From: an uncultured Gammaproteobacteria bacterium
Lineage (GTDB): Bacteria > Patescibacteriota > Microgenomatia > UBA8517
NCBI GenBank assembly: GCA_964583685.1
Contig: CAZOVJ010000001.1
Location: forward strand, 4,033-68,032
Direction: 5' to 3'
Length of the DNA: 64,000 nucleotides
Shown piece after piece: positions 28,704-39,000 of this stretch (positions within the stretch are counted from its first letter, which is position 1; the number at the start of each line of letters is the position of its first letter). Position numbers and translations under genes: made by a program. The notes below the pieces were generated by a model. That model was not told the origin of the DNA, searched no databases, and saw only the letters and a program-made list of their open reading frames with translations.

Positions 28704-29810
28704 ATGGAAGAAGTTTATGATTGGCTTTTTGACCTAGCGAAAGACCTAAGAGATTTTGCTGCTGAACTTTCCAATTTTCTCCTTCAGGTGCTTCATCTCC
28801 AATTTTTGCGTTTTGAAGAGAAAAAGGGAATTTTTGTCTTTTTCTTATATAAACAAAGGGGAAAAATGGCCAGGCGGTTCGTTCATTCGGGAATGGTGGT
28901 TTTGTCTGCGTTAGGCGTGATTATTGCCCCGGTTATTGCCGAAGAATTTCCTGGTCGAAATGTAGACCCCTGGGATATTCCTCCGCCATCTTTGGTTCTT
29001 TCTGCTTCTAGCCAAAATCCCCAGACAACAACTTTTTTCTCGGAAAAACAACGGGCTGAGATTATTGAGTATAAAGTTCAGAAAGGGGACACTATTAGCA
29101 CAATCGCCGAAAAGTTTGATATATCGATTGACACCATTCGCTGGCAGAATAATCTTAAAAGTCGGGATGCAATCAAGGTTGGTCAAGTATTGGAAATATT
29201 GCCAGTGAGTGGCGTTTCTCATAAGGTTCGCAAGGGTGATACTGTCTATTCTCTTGCCAAAAAGTATGACATTGACCCCCAGGTGATTGTCAATTTTCCC
29301 TTTAATACTTTTATGAATGATGAAACCTTTGAACTGGCCATTGGCCAAAATATTATTGTTCCTGATGGTGTCAAGCCGGCCGAGGTTCCCTGGTCAGCTG
29401 TTGCTAGAGTTCGCCAGATTACCCCTGATGCTGGAACAGTCGTGGGCTCGGGCGCTTTTGTTTGGCCAACAGCCGGAACGATCAGCCAAAGATTTACCTG
29501 GTATCATAAGGCCATCGATATTGCCAACAAAGCAGCGCCGGCAGTTTTGGCAGCCGATAGCGGTCAGGTAGTTGTTGCCGGCTATCCGGACAATAGGGGA
29601 TATGGAAATCGGGTGCTTATTGACCATGGAAACGGCTATCGAACCCTTTATGCCCATTTGGCCAAGATTTATGTTGTTGTTGGCCAGACAGTTAGTCGAG
29701 GAAACGCCATTGGCAAGATGGGCTCGAGTGGTAGATCTACTGGCATCCATCTTCATTTTGAGGTGATTAAGAGTGGAGTCTATCTTAATCCTCTCAGTGT
29801 GCTGAAGTAG
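28704..29810 (+). CDS. LysM/M23 peptidoglycan endopeptidase
   Basis: Two LysM repeats (YKVQKGDT, HKVRKGDT), HKAIDI, YAHL and STGIHLHFE motifs; start probably 28704. Confidence 0.92.
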   Translation: MEEVYDWLFDLAKDLRDFAAELSNFLLQVLHLQFLRFEEKKGIFVFFLYKQRGKMARRFVHSGMVVLSALGVIIAPVIAEEFPGRNVDPWDIPPPSLVLSASSQNPQTTTFFSEKQRAEIIEYKVQKGDTISTIAEKFDISIDTIRWQNNLKSRDAIKVGQVLEILPVSGVSHKVRKGDTVYSLAKKYDIDPQVIVNFPFNTFMNDETFELAIGQNIIVPDGVKPAEVPWSAVARVRQITPDAGTVVGSGAFVWPTAGTISQRFTWYHKAIDIANKAAPAVLAADSGQVVVAGYPDNRGYGNRVLIDHGNGYRTLYAHLAKIYVVVGQTVSRGNAIGKMGSSGRSTGIHLHFEVIKSGVYLNPLSVLK

Positions 29811-29821
29811 GAGATTAAAGT

Positions 29822-30250
29822 TCAAAGCCCTAATTTTTTGATTGCTGATTTCGGGGGAATAATATTTATACCAAATTTTTTCTTTAGGTTTTTAACTGAA
29901 AAATCTTTGATATTACCAGTTACAAAGAGTTGCACTCTCGCATTTACGGCTGCTTGAAAGATTGATTTATCTTTAGCATCGACCCACTTTTCTATTTCAG
30001 GAGATATTTGTGTTGGAGTCATGACTATTTGTGGCGGCGCTGATTCTAAAAGGCGTTGCAAGACCTCTCTGGCTTGAGGCATTTTATCCTTAATATTTTT
30101 TACCAACTCTTCCAGAACTTGCTGTGATATTACTGCCCTTATTTTTCCTTCGATATGTGCCCTGAGTATCTTTTCGGAATTATCTGAACCGTAAAAAGCA
30201 GAGAACCAGATATTGGTATCCACAAAGACTTTCTGGGGGTCTGGCTCCAT
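29822..30250 (-). CDS. PIN-domain (VapC-like) toxin
   Basis: VFVDTNIWFSA...D.KD...FVTGNIKDF. Confidence 0.88.
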   Translation of the reverse strand: MEPDPQKVFVDTNIWFSAFYGSDNSEKILRAHIEGKIRAVISQQVLEELVKNIKDKMPQAREVLQRLLESAPPQIVMTPTQISPEIEKWVDAKDKSIFQAAVNARVQLFVTGNIKDFSVKNLKKKFGINIIPPKSAIKKLGL

Positions 30251-30256
30251 AGGTTT

Positions 30257-30508
30257 TTATGCGGAAGTTATACGTTGCTGTCTGGCTGTTTCCTCTAATT
30301 CCTTCTCAGTTATTTTTGATTTATTAAATATCTTCTGAATTTCCTTTAGAGCCTCAAGAGCTATTTGTTTTTTTGGTTTCAAGATTGCTTCTTTCCCTTT
30401 AACTTTAGCTTCCAAAGCGTCACCTACACCTACACCTAATTGTCTTAGCAACTCGGCTGGGAAAGTGGCTTGCCTTCTTTTTCTGATGTCGATTAGGTAA
30501 TTTGCCAT
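30257..30508 (-). CDS. AbrB/MazE-like antitoxin
   Basis: IRKRRQATFPAELLRQLGVGVGD swapped-hairpin motif; probable ATG 30508. Confidence 0.8.
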   Translation of the reverse strand: MANYLIDIRKRRQATFPAELLRQLGVGVGDALEAKVKGKEAILKPKKQIALEALKEIQKIFNKSKITEKELEETARQQRITSA

Positions 30509-30756
30509 TACCGATTCCTTTTCTAATGTCAGATGTATGATATCAGACATCTGAGGGTTTGTCAAAGTTGACTTATTGAATTTTGGAATTTAATATTTGA
30601 ATATTGTTTGAGATTTGTCCCGCGGAGCGAGATCCCGCTCTGCGGGAAAAAATCAAAAATACAAGTAATAACTCAAAAGTGTTAAAATATAATCGATTAA
30701 TTTTAATTTTTGAATTGCAATTTTGAACTTTAAATTTTGAATTTTGAATTGATTTC

Positions 30757-30828
30757 GGGCCTGTAGCTCAGAGGTAGAGTGCCCCGGTCGCAACGGGGAG
30801 GTCAGGGGTTCGATTCCCCTCGGGTCCA
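30757..30828 (+). tRNA. tRNA-Ala(CGC)
   Basis: GGGCCTG.../CGGGTCCA with G3:U70; anticodon arm CCCCG-GTCGCAA-CGGGG. Confidence 0.92.
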
Positions 30829-30891
30829 CTTGATTGATAAAACACACCTCTAAGGTGAAATAGGTAGACATCTCCAAGGGTGTGAGGTGTT

Positions 30892-32880
30892 TTAAGAGGA
30901 TGGACCTTCGGGAACTGGAGCTGGTGTACCCTCTGGTGCGGCCGGTGGAGATGATTCCTCGGGCAACTCAATTGGCGGTTGAATAACTGATTCTTCTACT
31001 GGTTGGGGAGGGACAAGCTCTCCACCCTCTGGGGCTTCAACCGGAGGTAGGTTCTTTTGTAGATTCTCTAATTCTGCTTTAGCCAGTTGATAATCTGATG
31101 ATAGAGGATCGATTAGGGAAAGAACAACATTCATCTCATTGATGGCCTTTTCTGTTTCCCCTTTTTCTCTATAGCTAGCCGCCAAGTTGTAATGAGCATT
31201 GGCAAAATCAGGCTTGGCAAAGGTGGCCAGTTCAAAGATTCTGATGGCCTGGTCATAATTACCCAGGGCATAATAAATACCGCCTAGACTGATTCTCAAA
31301 GCCGGATTAATCGGGTCCAGGGAAACTGCCTGGCTCAGGGTTTGAACACTAAAGATATCTGCTCCCTGGGCAAAGGGAATGATGGCTCTGTAGGTTGCAG
31401 CCATAATCTCCCAATTTCCCGCTCTTTGAGGATTGAGAGCAACCGTGGCTTTGCCTTCTCGGATTGCCTGCTGAACCAGTTGGGTGATTGTTGTCCTATC
31501 TTGATCACTAATTTCTTCTTTTTGGCTAAGAGCTTGGGCTAGGCCGATATTCACTTGGGCATAGGAAGCGTGATAGCGATCAACATAGGGGTTGAGATTG
31601 ATTGCCTCTCGTATCAGATTGTAGGTTAGGGTACCGTCGTTGCGGGCCAGGGCATCCAAGGCTTGTTTAAATTTGGCCTCGGCAATCAGGTAGCGAGAGC
31701 TGAAAAAGGCAAAAACAACAATAGCGATTATCAAGGGAAGGCTGATAAGTAGAGAGGGGATACGGGGAGCAAAAGATGATTCAGAGGAAAGGAGAAGATT
31801 GAGCTTCATTTTTTCGGTCTTGGTGGCTGCTACCAAAAGCAAGAATAATAAGACAACGAGAACCGGTGGGGCAGAGAAAAGGGCGAGCAAGACTAAAAGA
31901 GTAAGCAGAGAAACAAGATCAGTATTTTTGAGAATTTCCTCTGGCTTTTGATTTTTTAATATTTTAAAAATAACAAGAAAAAGGAATATCAGGCCGGCTG
32001 CACCGCTAAATCCGGTTTCAGTCAGGACAGTGAAATAAAAGTTTCGGCTAGAGGTAAATTTGACTGCCCAGAGGTCACTTTGATTGTAACTTAACGGTCG
32101 GAAGCGATTAAAGGCAGTTAAATAATTTCCCGGCCCAATGCCTAGAACAGGGCTGTCTTTCATGGTATCCACGGCTACAGCCCAGGATGTCTTGTAATCC
32201 AGCAAAAGGAGTTTGGCCGGCCCAGTAGATACAACGTTGTAAAAAGAGATTCCCAGACCAAAAACCAAAACTATTAAGCAGACGCCAAAAAAGATTGTCT
32301 TAAAGTATTCTTTTTCAAAAACAATAAAGCCGATACCCAAAGGCAACAAAGTTCCCAAAAAGAGAATGGCCGGCAAACTGCCACCCAAGCTATTAAAGCT
32401 GGAGATTTTGAGCATGGCCGGTAGCTGAGGAATTTTAACCAGAATGCCGGAAATTGACAGCAAACAGATAAGAGAAACAAGAATTCCGGAAAGAAAAGTA
32501 ACTAATAGAACATTCTTTTTTTCCTCGAGCTTAAGCTGATTAAGTAAAAAGTAGAGAAGGGCTCCGGCCAAGATTACTGTCGCATTGCCGGGGATAAAAA
32601 ATGCTTCCATTTTGTTTGGAGTGCGCAGGATTGCACTAACCAGATAGGCGAGGGCCAATAAAATTATTGGTAAATCGAATTTCCCATAGGAGAATTCCAG
32701 TGAGCCCGAGACAATTGTTCTCATTGCCCTAAGGAGTAAAGCCAAGGTTATACCAAAACACAAGATTGCCAGCTTTGGCAGGAAAAAGGGATTGGGAAAG
32801 ATAGGAAGAACAACAAGTGGGAGCAAAAAAACCGTGGTATATAAAATGTAGGTTTCGATTTTCTCTAAGATTCTTGCCAT
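30892..32880 (-). CDS. O-antigen-ligase-like membrane protein with TPR repeats
   Basis: Many TM helices, LGIGPGNY...SRN.Y...LTETG loop, C-terminal TPRs (ANAHYNLA), Pro/Glu tail. Confidence 0.8.
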   Translation of the reverse strand: MARILEKIETYILYTTVFLLPLVVLPIFPNPFFLPKLAILCFGITLALLLRAMRTIVSGSLEFSYGKFDLPIILLALAYLVSAILRTPNKMEAFFIPGNATVILAGALLYFLLNQLKLEEKKNVLLVTFLSGILVSLICLLSISGILVKIPQLPAMLKISSFNSLGGSLPAILFLGTLLPLGIGFIVFEKEYFKTIFFGVCLIVLVFGLGISFYNVVSTGPAKLLLLDYKTSWAVAVDTMKDSPVLGIGPGNYLTAFNRFRPLSYNQSDLWAVKFTSSRNFYFTVLTETGFSGAAGLIFLFLVIFKILKNQKPEEILKNTDLVSLLTLLVLLALFSAPPVLVVLLFLLLVAATKTEKMKLNLLLSSESSFAPRIPSLLISLPLIIAIVVFAFFSSRYLIAEAKFKQALDALARNDGTLTYNLIREAINLNPYVDRYHASYAQVNIGLAQALSQKEEISDQDRTTITQLVQQAIREGKATVALNPQRAGNWEIMAATYRAIIPFAQGADIFSVQTLSQAVSLDPINPALRISLGGIYYALGNYDQAIRIFELATFAKPDFANAHYNLAASYREKGETEKAINEMNVVLSLIDPLSSDYQLAKAELENLQKNLPPVEAPEGGELVPPQPVEESVIQPPIELPEESSPPAAPEGTPAPVPEGPSS

Positions 32881-33019
32881 AGTTTATCTAATTTGTGATT
32901 TAATATTGTTTATTTTGTATTTTTTGTCAAGCCCCGTTTTCTAACAAAATATTATTCTATACAATTCTTTATATAAAAATATATATTAGAGTATATATTG
33001 ATATACTTGCATATTATTT

Positions 33020-36000
33020 TTACTGCAAATCCACGCCCTGTATATTCACTCCCTGAAATTCAAAGGTGGCTGATTCTAGAGAAACAGTGGCGGTGGTACA
33101 CCAGCCTGAATAAAGAGTTTCTCCGCCAACGGTTTTATAAGCCCGGACCCGATAAGCATAGGTATTTGTTTGAGAAATAGTTGAGTCTTGATGAGAAGTA
33201 CTGTCAGCCGGCTTGGTTGTTAAGCTGGTAAATCCAGCAGCGCTCTCATTTCTTTGGATATCAAAGCCGGTTTCATCCCCGGAATTATCCTGCCATTTGA
33301 GATTAAGATAGGAATCGTCTACTGCTTCTTCAATAAGACAATGAGAAGGCGCATTCGGCTTTGCGGCCGTGGTGAAGGAATAAGGAGTTTCCTGGGTACT
33401 GCTCCATAAATTGGTGCCTGCAGGGTCAATGGCATATGACCGCCAATAATAGGTAGTGTTGTTGTCTAAGGCCGTTTGGATGGTGTAGGTTGCTTGGGTT
33501 CCCGAGGCATAGGCGGTTTCGGACTGAGCATCTTGGCCGCTCCAGCCAGTCTGAGATTCTGTTTGGTCAAAGGTTTGTAAATTGGCGCTGTCAAAAGTAT
33601 TGACAGTATCAAGTTCTATTTTATAGTGCAAATAATCACTGTCAGCATCAGTGGTTGTGGTTTTAAGGACAGTATAAAGTATCTGATTGCTGGCAGTGTC
33701 TGAGGGTAAATCAAGAGAAGGGGTATTAGGCTTGGTATTAAGGGAAAGCTGCCAGTCTTGAAGTTGGGGTGAGCCCCCGGAATAGGTCAGAGTTCCTTGG
33801 ACATAAAGAATGGGGTAGCTGGTTGTGTCAAGAGAGGTTAAATCAACCGGAGAAGTATCAAAGCCACTGGAATTATCAGTTAAGTCTCCATCAGGAACAA
33901 TCGTCGGCGTACCCGAATCATCATAATAAATTTTGTACTTTATATCTCCATTGGCTTCATCATCAGTGAACAACAATTGTTTCCAATGACTGGCAGAGGA
34001 ATAAATGTTGACGACAGTAATCGAGGTGCTCATAATGGTGCCGGAGCTATAGGTAGCTTGAATGTCGTCAAAATAAAAGGCAAAGGCGCTGTCGGCATTG
34101 GTTACCTTATAGGCGAATTTGGTGACCGCATCTCTGTCCGCTGCTGAGATTCCCGAGATATCCCAGGTTTTCTTTTCCCAAGTATCAGCCGAATTGATGG
34201 TGATATCATAGGTTTGCTCATCTGAGGCAGATTCTCCAAATTGGAAGCGCATAAATTGGCCGGTTCTATCAGAACGGGCCCAGAAAGTAATAAAAGAAGT
34301 GATTGAAAGGTCTGTAGCTGATTTGGTCAGGGTGGCCGTCTCATTGAGGGCATCGCCCGATGGAGAACCGGTAGTTGAGGCAGCAGGGGATGTAGTGCCA
34401 GTGATGGAATCAGCCTCAACCCTGATACGGCCACTACCGCCACTTCCACCAGCCCCTCCCCAAACGTATCCGCTTCCTCCTGAACCCCCACCGGCCTTAA
34501 CAAGACTAGAGCCCAAGGTGGCGGTGTTTGCTTGGAGGAGAATAGAACCGCCACTGCCACCGCCTCCGCCCGCTGTGTAGGGTTCGCTTGGCTGACCTGG
34601 CCAGCCGTTCCTACCATTAGCCTTGATATATCCAGAGACTGAGATTGTGTCAGTACCTATAAATACTATTCCTCCAGCGTTTCCTCCATTTCCACCACTC
34701 CTAGGGTCCTTAGAGCCTCCTTCACCTCCACCTGATCCGAGATAAAGTTTATCAAGAGAACTACTGCCATAGGTATGGCCACCAGCCCCGACCCCTCCGC
34801 CTTGAGTACAAGGTTTTCCGTTACTACCATTTGTTCCATAACCGCCACCACCGCCACCACTTGCATTATGAGCAGCGGGAACATGTTTGTCTCCACCACC
34901 ACCACCACCTTGTTGTTTATAAGACATAGATTTGCTTCCCGTTCCACTGGTTGATTCTCCCTGGTAACCATAGTTGTCACCGCTGCTTCCTGAACCACCC
35001 CGGTATCCTTTTTCGTAGGTATCGATTGTTCCGGTTACTGTTACTGTACCGTTGGCCCTAAAAGCAATAAGTCCGCCATAGGTCCCATTCCAACTGTTGA
35101 CAGTTAAGGTGATGCCATTATTGATAGTTACATTGGTGTAATTAGGAACGCGTTGAACGACTACATTCTGTCCGGTTAAATCCGAGTTGGAAGACTCACC
35201 ATATGTTTTCTGGATGTTGATATTACAGGTGATGGTAGCAGAGGATATAGAAGATACTTGACAAAACTCATAATTGCCAACGTTTGTATATGTAGAAGAA
35301 GAATCCCGGAGATTGATTAAGATTATTTCATCGTCGCTCGAAATAGAATTAGACAAGGACGAAGCAGCTGTCCCATCAGTTCCAGTGCCGGTAACTGTTA
35401 TTATGTTTGTTCCAATACTTGATACTTGGAAGGCTTCAGCGTCGGCTACCGATCTGCCTGAGGCGATAGGATCAGTATTTAGGTTCTTATTACTAGAGAC
35501 TGTTATTGCACCGTCAGCGCCGTCGCCGGTAAAGTTGTTAGAAAGCTTCACCGAACCGGTTCCTTCTTGTTTGAGACTTGTTTCTTGTTCAACTAAAAGG
35601 TCGCCTGTGTCTGAACTGACCCAATTGGAAGCAGTATCGGCATTGTCAATTTGAAATGATGATAGGGTATAGACATAGTTGCTGCTATCATCAACCGTCG
35701 CTCCATTAGCCAAAGTATCGGTAGAAAATTGGTCGGCGTGAGTCTGAAACCAGGCATCGTTGGTCAGGGAGGTATCAATGGTAAAAGAACGTACGCTTGA
35801 CCAGTTGCCATAGGTATTGCTTCCTCCCGGGTCCTTAGCATGGACTTTATAGAAGTAAGTAGTATTGTTGGTCAAAGCAGCCTGGAATGTGTAGGAAATC
35901 GTATCACCGGAATTGAAGGGGTCATCATCACCGCCATCATCTACATTGGTAAAACCAGGATTAGTATCCGAAACCGCGCTTGAGGGAGAGGGGAAACTAG

Positions 36001-39000
36001 TATCCGTATCCCATTGAATTTGATAGGTTAGATTATCACTCTCGGGATCAGTAGCCGCGAACCTAATTTCCGGAGTAGTGTCGTTGGTCTTGAGATTGTC
36101 ATGAAGATAGGCATCGCTAAGTGTTGTTGCACCCGGAGGATTGTTCTCTGTATAGTTCAAAGTAACACTGGTGAGCGAAGGAGAAGGGGAGTGATTGCTG
36201 ATAATAGCCCGATATTGGAAATAGCGCTGGGCAGTGGAGGAAATGGAAGAGCCTCCGGGAGTAGCCATGTAATCGCTGGCGCTTTCAAAATCATCTAGCC
36301 AAACAGTTCGGCCCTCATCAGCATTAGTCACCCGTAAAGTCAGCTGGGTGCAGGTATCAAGTTGATTGTCGGGGGGGTCGCTGATATCCCAATATTCTCT
36401 TTGCCACTTAAAGACAGAGGCATTAGAAGTAAAGCAGTGGGTGTCAGAACCTCCGCAGACCCCTGTGTCGGGGTTGGGCACAGTCCCGGTCCAAGAATCA
36501 ACCGTTACCGCGCCGGTCGAGGTGGTGATTGAACTGACTGTTCCTTGGGCAATGTATTCGGTTCCGCCATAATTCTCGCGAACTATAATTTTGTCGTCTT
36601 CGTAAAGATTGCTGCCTTTATCTGTTAAGCCAAAATGAGTGGCATCAATAGTGATAGAGGTATCGGTTTTAGCATTAGCTTCCGAGGTGCCCTTGATATC
36701 ATTAGCATCTAGTTTGGCAGCAAAATCAATGGTTATCGGGTGAGTTCTTTGGCCAATCTCATAGGCCTGCCGAATCTGAGCAGCCGTGCGGGCCGTATCT
36801 GAAATTCTCACCTCATCAATGGTACCGTCAAAGGGATTTTCCACCCCGCCTGTTGAACTTTTCCTGGCTCCAATCCAGAGAGGATAATTATTAGCTGTGG
36901 GGGTGCCGTTATCAGTAGCAGACGCGACTTCTGCTCCATTTATGTATAATTTGGATGTGTTTCCAGAGTTGTCAAAGACGCCTACAATATAGTACCACTC
37001 ACCTGTATTAGGAGTTAAGGTATAGGTGACGGCAGCTCCTCCAGTGGGAGACCCGTAAAATCTAAAATTATCTGTGGTAGTCCAATCCAGGCCTCCATTA
37101 TAGACATCACCCGATTTTCCCTTGGCGTAAATTACTTGATTGGAGCTGGTAGTGTCGAAACGCACCCACGCTTCTGTTGTATATGAATCCGTCATGTCTA
37201 AAGAAGCTGAGTCGTTTACATTTATATAATTACTACTGCCATTAAGATCCCGGGCTTTGCCAATTTTTCCTTGAAGAAAAGTTGTGCCGCTTGGATAACC
37301 ATGATTTCCGTTTCCTGAAGAGTCTTTAATTTCATCTAAACTGTGAATTTCGATTGATTCCCAATCGAAATTAATTTGGCTAGAATAGAATTTGAAATAA
37401 CTAGGATTAATCGCCGTAGTATTAGTAGTGGTAATGTCTTTTCTAACTGTTCCATCAATAGCTAATTTCATTGAGCTTGGTGTCCACCACATTTCTATAG
37501 TGTATTCATTACCATTTGTATCTACAGTGCCTCTTTCTGCTGAGGAATCCACAGTTGAACTTCCAACAACCTTGTAGACCCCTTGGGTTGAATAACCAGA
37601 ACCTTGCCAATTAAATTGATAGTAATTATTAGCATCTTGGAAAAGATAAAGGGACTGAACATTGTCTGTAGGATAATCCAATCTTTTGATAAAAACAATT
37701 TTCGCATAGCCGCTGGTGGGAATATCAGCATAAGCAGTGGCATTTTCAGCATCATTATCTCCAGTTAGGACATGCAACCAGTGGTTGCTAGAATCCCAAG
37801 CGTGAGAGTTAGTCGGAGCATTTGTGTCAACAGTTTCCCAACTGTATCTACCGGTAGTATCAGTTAAAAAATAGTCATAAAAAATGGGTTGGTTTTCTTC
37901 CAGGTGCCACAATCCTTTAGTATTACCGTCTGGTTGGTTATTAGTATAGGCTGATTCGCCGATAGTGGTTTCAAGGTAAGTTCCCGGCCGGTCAGCTGCT
38001 ATATAAAAAGGAAGTTTACCTTTACTGGAAAGGTCAGTGGAGGAGATTGTTCGGCCCAGACGATGGTCGCGGCCAGCCCGATACGCCTCGCTAATCTCCT
38101 CGGCACTGCGGGCGACATTGGAGATACGGACTTCGTCGATGATACCGTCAAACTCGTCAGTGTAGCCTGAATAATGTCGTTTTCCTATTAAAAGGTTAGT
38201 TACTGTAGAATCCATTGTTCCATGTGTTCCGGAAGTTGTTCCTGAATTGTCTAATACTCCATCAATGTAAATTTCAAAAGAATCACCGTTTCTTTGACCT
38301 GCTAAGTAGTGCCACTCATTGTCTGTTATTGTTGATGAAGAGTCGAGATAGATCTGGTTGTCTCCAGTGTCAGTGTAGGAAAATCGAATGTCGTCATCGC
38401 TATGTATGAGCATAAAAAACTGTCTATTTCCACTACCATCATCGTCCTTTCCTATTATCATGTCGTTTGTATTAAAGGAGTTTCTTTTCACCCAAGCCTC
38501 TATTGCATAATTGCCACTTCCAAAATCCCAAATATTATCATCTCCGCAATCAACATAATCATCCGTCCCATTAAAATCCCTTGCCTTGCCAAAGATACTT
38601 TCAACAGGTTCCGGGCCAGGAGCAGTGCCGTAAAGTTCTCCATCATTGTTATTAGCTGTTTCATCAAAAACATCATCTCCTTCCAAATCGCCGTTGGTTT
38701 CATCCAGATGCCAGAGGGCAACGGTATGACTATCTACTTGTGGGGCACCGAGTATGGTTTTTAGTGAGCCGTTTCCCTCAATAGCTAGGCTGGAGGAAGA
38801 AGTAGCTATTGGGACTCCTTCCCAAATCGAAGCAGAGGGAGTGGCCCAGTTGAGAGGATTATCCATGCTGTCAATTTGGGTTTCGTTGGCCGTTGGTTTC
38901 CAGGCTTCCCAGGACGAATTATCAGCGCTGGTTCGAGTTTGGAATTCAATTTGTCCAGACTGGTAGTTGGAGAGAATTTCATCTGCGCCTAGGGCGCGGG

